Below are positions 1-7,701 of a stretch of DNA of 42,423 nt, one piece after another; positions within the stretch are counted from its first letter, which is position 1; each line of letters begins with the position of its first letter. The notes under the pieces are model-generated. The model was not told the origin of the DNA. It did not search any database and saw only the letters and a list, made by a program, of their open reading frames with translations. The position numbers and the translations under genes are program-made. The DNA is from Candidatus Woesearchaeota archaeon (GTDB taxonomy: Archaea > Nanobdellota > Nanobdellia > Woesearchaeales > JAAOYA01): NCBI GenBank assembly GCA_018221105.1, contig JAAOYA010000011.1, positions 1 through 42,423 of the forward strand. Reading direction: 5' to 3'.

Positions 1-20
1 ATGTTAATCTCAATCTTCAC
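1..20 (-). CDS. 5' end of a probable next gene of the operon, running off the window (MKIEIN...)
   Basis: Minus-strand GTG at 20, preceded by SD-like GAGGT (28-32), 36 nt after the ttuA stop; only 6 codons are visible. Confidence 0.35.
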
Positions 21-56
21 TTTTTGAACCTCTTTTAGACAATTGTGGTAAAGGTC

Positions 57-938
57 CTATTTAAGTTTTTTGTAGTCTGCAATGATTTTGCATGCGTTGC
101 ACTTGGCGTGTCTTGATGGTTGATTGCAAGTTTTGCATTTCGCTACTTTTTTACTAGTTGAAAATTGTTTTTTTAGTTTTGGCAATTGCTTTAAATAATT
201 ATTAATCAATCTTTCTTTAGTGCCTGGCAGTTCTTGTTCTAAATTGTTTAATGCTGTTTGTATTGTTCTTCTAAACCCGCTTTCTGAGTATGGGCATATT
301 GTAAAGCCTGTGATGAATTTTTTGTAGAATGCGTATGTTGCTACTTGTTTTTCAGTCATTAAGTATAATGGTTTTATTCTTGTGACAAATAGTTCGCTGT
401 CAACTAGTCCTGTTGTGGGTCCTAATCGTGCGTTTTGTTCTACGCTTGAGCGTAGTAGGTTCATTAGTACTGCTTGTGCTTCATCGTCTAAGTTGTGTCC
501 TGTTGCTAGTTTGTTTTTAGAATATTTGTTTAGTAAATATCTGCGTAGTACTCCGCATACTGTGCAAGAGTTAGCGCCTGTTTTTTTTATGTATTTATCC
601 AGTGTAAAGCCGAATTCTTTTTTGAAAGTTTTGATCTCATAATCAATGTTGTTTTGTTCACAGAATTTTTGCAGGTCTTTGATTGTTTTTGCGCGATAAC
701 CACTGATTCCTTCATCAATCAAAAGCGCTGTTGGCGTTGCATATTTTGATAAAATGTATAGTGTGCTTAGTGAGTCTTTTCCGCCGCTGGCCGCTACTGT
801 TACTGGCTCGTTTTTTTTTAGTAGTTTGTATTTTTTTATTGTATGCATTACTTTTTTTTCAAAGTATTTGATAAAATGATCAGAGCATAGTACTGGATTA
901 GTACTAATTGCTTTTCTCATGCATTTTGCGCATTTCAT
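57..938 (-). CDS. ncsA: tRNA 2-thiolation enzyme, TtuA/NcsA/Ctu1 family (TIGR00269-like)
   Basis: N-terminal CxxC...CxxH Zn finger, PP-loop SGGKDS, CTVC plus CPY cluster cysteines, ATGHNLDDEAQ motif, C-terminal CxxC...CxxC. Confidence 0.9.
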   Translation of the reverse strand: MKCAKCMRKAISTNPVLCSDHFIKYFEKKVMHTIKKYKLLKKNEPVTVAASGGKDSLSTLYILSKYATPTALLIDEGISGYRAKTIKDLQKFCEQNNIDYEIKTFKKEFGFTLDKYIKKTGANSCTVCGVLRRYLLNKYSKNKLATGHNLDDEAQAVLMNLLRSSVEQNARLGPTTGLVDSELFVTRIKPLYLMTEKQVATYAFYKKFITGFTICPYSESGFRRTIQTALNNLEQELPGTKERLINNYLKQLPKLKKQFSTSKKVAKCKTCNQPSRHAKCNACKIIADYKKLK

Positions 939-939
939 T

Positions 940-1134
940 TTATCCCCCGCTTATTACTGCTAGAATTCTAATATTATCAGTGTTTTTTACTGTGTCTGCT
1001 TCTGTTAATAATTCGCTGCCGCGCGCTACGATTACTGTTTGCGGGTTAATCTTTAATTTTTTTAATAGTCCTAGGACTGTTCCAGAATATTTTGTTTGAA
1101 TGTCTTTTTCCTCTAATTCTATGTATACTTTCAT
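940..1134 (-). CDS. Ubiquitin-like sulfur carrier (ThiS/MoaD/SAMP2/TtuB-like)
   Basis: 64 aa, beta-grasp-like pattern, ends VISGG; immediately upstream of ttuA/ncsA. Confidence 0.88.
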   Translation of the reverse strand: MKVYIELEEKDIQTKYSGTVLGLLKKLKINPQTVIVARGSELLTEADTVKNTDNIRILAVISGG

Positions 1135-1922
1135 AGTCCCACCAACGGTCGCAATAGTGATAATTCAACAGGCAGTTTCTTTAAAGTTTCTAGTTTTTGA
1201 TTTGTTGTTATTGTTGCAATATTTTTTTGTTTTGCTAATTGTTCTAATTCTTGATAATCTTTCACTATTTGTAATTCAAGTTTTTGTCCTGCGCTAAAAG
1301 GTTCTAAAGCGCTAATATCGATTTTTTTAAATGCTACTGGCAGTATTGAACATCCTCGCTTCATCACTTGTTTTGCTGCTTCAAGTGATTGTTCGTCTTC
1401 AATTAATACTATTGTTTTGCCCTCGATTCCTAGTGGTAGTCCTCCAAGGCCTGGTATTTTTTTACTGCTAACGTGCACACTGCCTTGTAATACTTCAATG
1501 TTTATTTCAATGTCTGGCTTTTTTATTTGAACTTTTTTATTAGTTTTTTCTACAATGAATGCTCCGACTATTTTTTCAATTTCGGGACTTGTCAAACTGA
1601 AGGTTTTATCGTTTCGCGAAGCTTTAATTTTGAAAGTTTCAAAATTAATATTTTTGATACTTTCAAATGCTACACTCTTTATTTTTTCTATGTCTTGGAT
1701 TGTTTTGATTGTTGGCTCTATTGATGTTACGCCAGCAATTTTTGTAAGAAACCCAATATCTGAAGTTGTTTCTAATAGTATTCTACCACGGGTTTGACGC
1801 AGTGTGTGTTCTACTTTATTTTTTTTTAGTGCTTCTTTTATATTATTATAGAGTCGTCTTTCAAACTCGCGACGATTGGCGCCTTTTAGGCTTATCTCCC
1901 AGTATTTTAGAACGTATAACAT
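1131..1922 (-). CDS. ThiI-like THUMP-domain protein with degenerate, truncated PP-loop domain
   Basis: ThiI N-terminus (KYWEISLKGANRREFE), THUMP (TFKIKASR...VGAFI...PDIEINIEV), GLGGLPLG and MKRG motifs, but no SGGxDS. Start taken as ATG 1922, one base after the iscU stop. Confidence 0.8.
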   Translation of the reverse strand: MLYVLKYWEISLKGANRREFERRLYNNIKEALKKNKVEHTLRQTRGRILLETTSDIGFLTKIAGVTSIEPTIKTIQDIEKIKSVAFESIKNINFETFKIKASRNDKTFSLTSPEIEKIVGAFIVEKTNKKVQIKKPDIEINIEVLQGSVHVSSKKIPGLGGLPLGIEGKTIVLIEDEQSLEAAKQVMKRGCSILPVAFKKIDISALEPFSAGQKLELQIVKDYQELEQLAKQKNIATITTNQKLETLKKLPVELSLLRPLVGL

Positions 1923-1923
1923 T

Positions 1924-2292
1924 TTATTGTTTTTTTGATTCATAGTTTTTTATTGCTTCTTGCAGTGCGTCAGCCGCTAAGTTCGAACAGTGTTCTTTTA
2001 GTGGTGGCAAGCCTCCTAGTTCTTTACTTATTGTGTCACGAGTGATTTTTTTTGCCTCTGTTAGTGTTTTGCCTTTTGCTATTTCTGTGACCATTGAACT
2101 TGTGGCTATTGCTGCAGCACAGCCCATTGTTTCAAAGCCAATATTAACTATCGCATCATTTTCTACTTTTATGTAAACATACATTACATCACCACATGAC
2201 GCATTGCCTACTTGTCCTACTGCGTCATAATGCTCTAGTTTTCCTAAGTTTTTTGGAGTTTTGAAATGCTGCATTACTTTTTCACTGTACAT
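1924..2292 (-). CDS. iscU: Fe-S cluster scaffold IscU/NifU-N (MisU-type)
   Basis: MYSEKVMQHF, CGDVM, GCAAAIATSS, LPPLKEHCS: three conserved Cys plus Asp and His. Confidence 0.95.
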   Translation of the reverse strand: MYSEKVMQHFKTPKNLGKLEHYDAVGQVGNASCGDVMYVYIKVENDAIVNIGFETMGCAAAIATSSMVTEIAKGKTLTEAKKITRDTISKELGGLPPLKEHCSNLAADALQEAIKNYESKKQ

Positions 2293-3442
2293 TGTTAGTA
2301 CCTCCTTTAAACGGACTCATTTTTCTAAGAGTTTCTACCGTGGTCTTGATTTTTTCTATTGTATAATCAATTTCTTCTTTTGTTGTATAGTTTGATAGAG
2401 ATATCCTTATTGAACCATGGCTCTCTTCTGGTTTCAAGCCCAATGCTAGTAGTGTTTTGCTCGGCTCTAGTTTTTTTGATGAGCAAGCACTGCCAGTGCT
2501 CACATAAATGCCTTCTTGATCTAAATATAATAATATTGCTTCGCCTTCAATAAAATCAAATCGCGCGTTTACATTATTGCAAAGTCGATCATTTCCGATT
2601 GCCCCATTAATGTATGTGTTATCAATTTTTAACAACTCACTAATCAGATAATCGCGCAGCTCAACCATTTTTTTTATGTCATCAATTGTTGTTATCTCGA
2701 TTGCTTTTGCAAAGCCTGCAATGCTTGGCGTGTTATGAGTTGCAGCACGCAATCCTTTTTCTTGTGCTCCGCCTGTAATTATCGGTTTTAATTGCACGCC
2801 GTTTTTTACATATAGTGCTCCTATTCCTTTTGGGCCGTGTAATTTGTGTGCGCTAAATGCTGCCAGGCTGATATTTTGTTCTGCTACGTTTATTGGTGTT
2901 TTAGTGTAGCTTTGTACTGCGTCAGTATGAAATAAAACATTTTTTTCTTTGCAGACTTGACCTATTTGTTGTAAGTTTTGTATGGTGCCTATTTCGTTGT
3001 TCGCGTGTATTATGCTAACAACTAAAGTATCTTCTCTTATGCTTTTTTGTAATTGTTCTAAATCTACAAATCCTTGATTGTCAACATCTAAATAATTGAT
3101 TGTATAATCTTGTTGTTCTAATTCACTACAAGTGTTCAAAACTGATGGATGTTCTATTTTTGTTGTTATAATATGTTTTTTTTGAGGGTTTGCCAAAGCC
3201 AGGCCTCGAAGCGCCAGATTGTTTGATTCGCTGCCACTTGCAGTGAATATTATCTCGTTTGCTTGAGCACCAATACTATCAGCTATTTTTTTGCGTGAAT
3301 CATCAATTATTTTTTTTGCATTCTCGCCTTGTGAGTGTATGCTTGAAGGATTAGCATAATCTTCTAAGCTTATCTTGCTAACTAGTTCGGCTACTTCTGA
3401 TGCTGTTTTTGTTGTTGCAGCGTTATCTAAGTATACTTTCAT
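2282..3442 (-). CDS. iscS: Cysteine desulfurase IscS/NifS (group I)
   Basis: YLDNAATT, HTDAVQ, SAHKLHGPKG (PLP lysine), STGSACSS (catalytic Cys). Start 3442 gives an ATGA overlap with the upstream gene. Confidence 0.95.
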   Translation of the reverse strand: MKVYLDNAATTKTASEVAELVSKISLEDYANPSSIHSQGENAKKIIDDSRKKIADSIGAQANEIIFTASGSESNNLALRGLALANPQKKHIITTKIEHPSVLNTCSELEQQDYTINYLDVDNQGFVDLEQLQKSIREDTLVVSIIHANNEIGTIQNLQQIGQVCKEKNVLFHTDAVQSYTKTPINVAEQNISLAAFSAHKLHGPKGIGALYVKNGVQLKPIITGGAQEKGLRAATHNTPSIAGFAKAIEITTIDDIKKMVELRDYLISELLKIDNTYINGAIGNDRLCNNVNARFDFIEGEAILLYLDQEGIYVSTGSACSSKKLEPSKTLLALGLKPEESHGSIRISLSNYTTKEEIDYTIEKIKTTVETLRKMSPFKGGTNNVQ

Positions 3443-3795
3443 GTTATACACACCTTGCAATTATCGGGTAGTATTTTGACGTGCTTTGCGCATAGTTTGC
3501 ATAGTACTTTGTCGTTTTTTGCTTGCGAGCAGAGTTTTTGTATTTCACGTATCATATTTTGAGGTTGTTCTATTATTTTTTTGGCGCTTTGTCGTGCTAA
3601 TGTTTTGGTGTCATCACTTAGTATGTCTGCACTGCTGCGCTTTTTTGATAGGTATTGTGATACTGCACTTTTTGTTAGTCCTAATAGTTCTGCTATCTTG
3701 TTTTGTTTTAGTCCTAATTCTTGCAAATGTATTGCTAATTGTTTTCTTATTGCAGGTAGTACATACCAAACTTCTAGTTCTTGTGGTTGACGCAT
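3439..3795 (-). CDS. Archaeal HTH transcriptional regulator (COG2522-like) with Cys-rich C-terminus
   Basis: PQELEVWYVLPAIRKQLA...GLKQNKIAELLGLTKSAVSQYL HTH; C-terminal C, CxxC, H, CxxC. Confidence 0.8.
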   Translation of the reverse strand: MRQPQELEVWYVLPAIRKQLAIHLQELGLKQNKIAELLGLTKSAVSQYLSKKRSSADILSDDTKTLARQSAKKIIEQPQNMIREIQKLCSQAKNDKVLCKLCAKHVKILPDNCKVCIT

Positions 3796-3797
3796 AA

Positions 3798-3855
3798 AAG
3801 TTCACGATTGTTAACTTATTTATATATTTTTTGTCGGCAGAAAACTTTATATATA
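3798..3855. promoter_or_regulatory. Divergent promoter region with a candidate operator palindrome
   Basis: Minus-strand TATATAAA (3826-3819); plus-strand GAAAAC-TTTATATA (3840-3853); imperfect palindrome AAGTTCACGATTGTTAACTT (3798-3817, 16/20 symmetric). Confidence 0.55.
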
Positions 3856-3911
3856 GATTGAGTATTCAGCAGTAGTAAAACCTAGGGGGTTATTGTTGAT
3901 TACACGCTAAA

Positions 3912-6305
3912 ATGCACGAAAAAAAACTATTAACAACAGTATTTGCCATTCTATTAACACTTCTTTTAATACCTACAGTCAGTGCAACAATAGATTTTAG
4001 CCTAACAAGCAAAAACAACGCTCTAGCAAGCTGCTCTTGTAGCTTAATAGTTGACGAGCTAACACTCTCAAATACAGGTAACGAGCCAGACTTTTACCGA
4101 TTACAAAACACTGGCAAAACAAAAGATTGGGCATTACTAAACGCCGACAGACTATTTTTGCGACCAGGAGAAAAAACAACAATTTTCAACCATTTAAACC
4201 TTCCGTGCACAAAATCAGGAGAATACGAAAATAGAATCACTGTTACCTCAGAGCGCTCAAACGTACAAAAAACCCTTTCTCAACCAGTTATAATTGAACA
4301 ATGTCCTAACATAAAATTTAGCGCCAAAAATCAATTGTTTAAAGCTTTTCCAGGAGTTACAATTCCAATAGAATTAACAATTGAAAACACTCGAGAATTC
4401 ACAGAAAGCTACACAGTAGACGTTGAACCATTAAAAGACTTCATCACGTTTACACAAAATCCTTTAATCATCGCACCACACTCTAGCAAAACAATAATAG
4501 CCTACATTGAACTACCATACAATTTGTATGGTCTTTACGATTTTACTTTCGTAGCAGCCACTGCTAACACAAAATATATTGCTAGGCTGCCAATACAAGT
4601 AGAAATATTACAAGAGTACAATTACACAATCAACGCTCAAGAACAAAACGTTTGCAACGAGTTTTTTACAAAAAAAGCATTAACAATAACAAACGACGCC
4701 TACGGGGAAAACATTTACGAATTTGTTGTTGACACTGACTGGACATACTTATTTAACAATTCAATAACATTACAACCTCAAGAATCAAAACAAGTGTTTT
4801 TTGAAATTGACGGACAAAGAGCTAGCGTTGGAAAACACACTGTTAGACTAACCGCAAAATCAGTTTATGGTGATATAGAACAAGTAATAGAATTGCCAGT
4901 TAGCATTACTGACTGTTTTGACCTGCAAATAGACGTCCCAAAAAAAGAAACAGTTGTTTCATGCACTCAAAATTATCAAAGTACTGTAGTCCTAAAAAAT
5001 AGTGGATCACAATTTTCAACTTGGGACTTTTTTATCAGTGGAGATTTAGAATCAACAGCAACAAATCAAACAATAAGCTTAGATAGTAATGAGCAAGCAT
5101 TTGCTCAAATAAACGTCAATATCCCGTGCGATGTCACAGGAAAAAAAGAATTAGTACTAGACATAAAATCACAAGATGTACCAGCACAAACATACCAAGA
5201 AAAAATAATAATTGACGTTGAATCACCAAAAAAATATCACAAATTAAACATTGAGTTTGAAAAGTCAACAACTAATTATTCACGCCAAGAACTATTAATG
5301 CTTTTAGAAAATCAAGGTTACGAGACAACAACTTATGACTTAGCACTTATCGCGCCAGACTGGATTACTCTAGAAAAAGATTTTGTAACTTTACAAGCTG
5401 GAGAAAAATTTGGGGTTAACCTAATATCAAATCCTGCAAAGTTTGAAAATATTAGTGCAGGTTGGTATCGTGTTACACTACTTGCAAAAGTTAGCGGCAA
5501 AGACATGACATTTTCTAAAAATGTGATTGTCAGATTAAAAGAAAAAACCTTGCTTGAACAATTAAAGGGTTTTGGAAGTCAAAACATTTTCTATTTTAGT
5601 GCTGGAATTATAATGCTTGCAGCATTGCTTGCAATTATTTATTTTTACAGAATAGCAATAAAACCATGCGTTAATTGGACTATTAAAAATCATAAAAAAA
5701 TACTTTTTACAATTGCATTAATTGCAGTCATCGGTGTTGTATTGCTCTTAGTGTTTTCACAACAAACATTTTTACAAGACCTAACTATAAAACCAACATT
5801 TAACAAAACAGCAATGGCTCAAGTGGCATCTCAGACAAACACTTCTTTGACACTTGCAATAGCTTCAACAATAATACTGTTTTTGTTATTTGTAAGACTA
5901 ATCTTAGAGTTACGCAGAGTTGATCGCAACAAGTACAAAATCCTAAGCATTGCATCTTTAGCGCTTATAGTATTAGCATTAATGCTTGCATACTATATTT
6001 TTTCAAGCGATAAAAGCATTAGCACAGTATTAAAAGAACAATCAAATTTTATGATAACAGGTCTTATTTTGTTAGTTGTACTGATTGGTTTTTTCGAGTT
6101 TGTAAGGCGCATTAACACAAAAAAGCCAATGCTAAAAGATTTTGGTGATGACGAGTTCATAGTGCCAAAACCAAAAAAGAAAACACTACGAAAAAAAATA
6201 GTCAAGAAAATAATAACTAAAAAAACAGCTAAGAAAAAAGTTGTCAAAAAGAAAGCTGCAAAAAAGAAAAAAGTTAAAAAGAAAAAAATACAAAGTTATT
6301 ACTAA
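3912..6305 (+). CDS. Large cell-surface/membrane protein: signal peptide, tandem Ig-like beta domains (COG1470-like), several C-terminal TM helices, Lys-rich tail
   Basis: Signal peptide MHEKKLL...PTVSA; recurring L-x-N-x-G...Y-x-L/V...L-x-P-x-E units about 100 aa apart; about 5 hydrophobic segments after aa 555; poly-Lys C-terminus. Confidence 0.7.
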   Translation: MHEKKLLTTVFAILLTLLLIPTVSATIDFSLTSKNNALASCSCSLIVDELTLSNTGNEPDFYRLQNTGKTKDWALLNADRLFLRPGEKTTIFNHLNLPCTKSGEYENRITVTSERSNVQKTLSQPVIIEQCPNIKFSAKNQLFKAFPGVTIPIELTIENTREFTESYTVDVEPLKDFITFTQNPLIIAPHSSKTIIAYIELPYNLYGLYDFTFVAATANTKYIARLPIQVEILQEYNYTINAQEQNVCNEFFTKKALTITNDAYGENIYEFVVDTDWTYLFNNSITLQPQESKQVFFEIDGQRASVGKHTVRLTAKSVYGDIEQVIELPVSITDCFDLQIDVPKKETVVSCTQNYQSTVVLKNSGSQFSTWDFFISGDLESTATNQTISLDSNEQAFAQINVNIPCDVTGKKELVLDIKSQDVPAQTYQEKIIIDVESPKKYHKLNIEFEKSTTNYSRQELLMLLENQGYETTTYDLALIAPDWITLEKDFVTLQAGEKFGVNLISNPAKFENISAGWYRVTLLAKVSGKDMTFSKNVIVRLKEKTLLEQLKGFGSQNIFYFSAGIIMLAALLAIIYFYRIAIKPCVNWTIKNHKKILFTIALIAVIGVVLLLVFSQQTFLQDLTIKPTFNKTAMAQVASQTNTSLTLAIASTIILFLLFVRLILELRRVDRNKYKILSIASLALIVLALMLAYYIFSSDKSISTVLKEQSNFMITGLILLVVLIGFFEFVRRINTKKPMLKDFGDDEFIVPKPKKKTLRKKIVKKIITKKTAKKKVVKKKAAKKKKVKKKKIQSYY

Positions 6306-6332
6306 AATCTTTATTTCTATTATAAAATTAAG

Positions 6333-6485
6333 TGGGGGTACTGAGATTCGAACTCAGAGCCACCGGTCTCTTCTTTGAAGCAAGTTGCTTCACCAGACCG
6401 CAATAATAATCATCACTACAGCTTTCTGTAGCTCATCGCTCCAAAACTGGAGCCGGTAATTTTAGCCAGGTTAAACCATACCCCC
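6333..6485 (-). tRNA. trnW: tRNA-Trp(CCA) with a 79-nt intron at 37/38 (intron 6446-6368)
   Basis: Acceptor stem GGGGGTA/TACCCCC+A; anticodon stem ACCGG/CCGGT; CCA at 6450-6448; T arm CTGAG-TTCGAAT-CTCAG; relaxed BHB at the junctions; 3' CCA not encoded. Confidence 0.95.
6368..6446 (-). ncRNA. Intron-encoded box C/D guide RNA predicted to direct Cm34 and Cm39 of tRNA-Trp
   Basis: Guide TGGAGC + box ATGA (6436-6433) places C34 at the fifth position. Box GTGATGA at 6416-6410. Guide CGGTCTG + box GTGA (6393-6390) places C39 at the fifth position. These are the positions known for euryarchaeal tRNA-Trp introns. Confidence 0.8.
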
Positions 6486-6513
6486 AAGGGTTGTTATTGA
6501 CGAAAATGAGTGT

Positions 6514-6855
6514 TTATTTAAAGTTTATGGTATCTCCAAGTGCAGTGTCCGATGTTAACACTGTGCCTGCTGGCAGTTCAACAACAGTTTTTGCCATTTT
6601 ATGCGGGTGAAAAAAAGTCCAAGGTCTAAGACGTTCTTTAAGCTCTACAACAACTCCCGATTCATCCAAAAACAATACATCAATAGAAAAAAACACAAAC
6701 ATCATGTGCAATGGCACGATTTTTGGTTTTGTAAACTCAAAAACTAATGCTTTTGGCCTAAAAGCAAACATTAAACCAATAGCCTTACAAAAACTATTCT
6801 TGCAAGTTTTGTGCGCTTGTGCTATAACGCTTTTTTTTGATTCATTAAAAATCAT
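6514..6855 (-). CDS. DUF192 (COG1430) family protein
   Basis: AIGLMF...LHMMFVFFSIDVLFLD...VVELPAG pattern. ATG 6855 preferred over 6873. Confidence 0.85.
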   Translation of the reverse strand: MIFNESKKSVIAQAHKTCKNSFCKAIGLMFAFRPKALVFEFTKPKIVPLHMMFVFFSIDVLFLDESGVVVELKERLRPWTFFHPHKMAKTVVELPAGTVLTSDTALGDTINFK

Positions 6856-6889
6856 AAACAATGCATTAAACAACTACCTTTATTACTTT

Positions 6890-7060
6890 TGTGTTTCCAT
6901 AGGCTCCAGTGGAAACAAGGGGGTGTTATTTTGTAAGTAAAAGGATACTAGGCGCTCTAAAGCTTAAATTTTCGTGTTTTAAAGGTTTCTCCACAGGAAA
7001 TATAGGAGGCTTATATTTTGTAAAATAGCGAATAAAAAATAAAAGCCTTTATAAATAACT
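6890..7060. other. Candidate chromosomal replication origin (ORB-like boxes plus AT-rich tract)
   Basis: CTCCAGTGGAAACAAGGGGGT (6904-6924) and CTCCACAGGAAATATAGGAGG (6989-7009) match the archaeal ORB consensus TCCA-x-TGGAAA-x(n)-G-string. Inverted half-site TGTTTCCA at 6892-6899; AT-rich 7011-7060. Confidence 0.65.
7041..7057 (+). promoter_or_regulatory. BRE/TATA promoter of tbp-mcm-rpa
   Basis: AAAAGCC-TTTATAAATA; similar motifs occur upstream of rpl3 and endA. Confidence 0.55.
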
Positions 7061-7118
7061 TGTTTATCTCACAGCTTATAAACCCTTTTTAAAGGGCCCT
7101 TTGGGGGGTGCTATTATT

Positions 7119-7682
7119 ATGGCAGAAAAAAAAGTTAATGCAGGAAAAAAAGAAATCGAAGTTGTAAATATTGTTGTTTCATCAGCGCTAGAACATGACA
7201 TTCCACTAGAGAAGATGGCTGCAACACTTTCAAACACAGAGTACAATCCTGAACAATTTCCAGGACTGGTACTAAGAATAAAAGAACCAAAAACATCAGC
7301 ATTGATATTCTCATCAGGAAAAATTGTGTGTACAGGCGCGCGCAGCATGGAAAAAGTAGATGAGGCAATCATCAAAATCATCAAAAGTCTTGAAAAGATC
7401 GATATCAAGATTACAATCAAACCAAAAATCAATGTTCAAAATATTGTAGCCTCAGGCAATGTTGGAATGGATTTGAATTTGAACACTTTAGCTATGAAAC
7501 TTGATAATACAGAATACGAGCCTGAACAATTTCCAGGACTTGTCTACAAGTTACACGAAGCTAAAGCAACATTTTTATTGTTCTCTAACGGTAAGATAGT
7601 GTGCACAGGAACTAAATCAGAAGAACAAGTTCACAAAGCACTTGACATGCTAATAGAGATACTTAAAAAAGTCAAGCAATAG
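7119..7682 (+). CDS. tbp: TATA-box binding protein
   Basis: Two repeats of NIV(V/A)S...EY(N/E)PEQFPGLV...(I/L)FS(S/N)GKIVCTG. ATG 7119 follows GGGGGTG. Confidence 0.97.
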   Translation: MAEKKVNAGKKEIEVVNIVVSSALEHDIPLEKMAATLSNTEYNPEQFPGLVLRIKEPKTSALIFSSGKIVCTGARSMEKVDEAIIKIIKSLEKIDIKITIKPKINVQNIVASGNVGMDLNLNTLAMKLDNTEYEPEQFPGLVYKLHEAKATFLLFSNGKIVCTGTKSEEQVHKALDMLIEILKKVKQ

Positions 7683-7701
7683 GGTGGAGTCAACGCTAAA
7701 G

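Noticed and set aside
6306..6370. tRNA-Trp 3' end as an integration site
   Set aside because: No duplicate of the tRNA 3' end and no integrase seen in the window.
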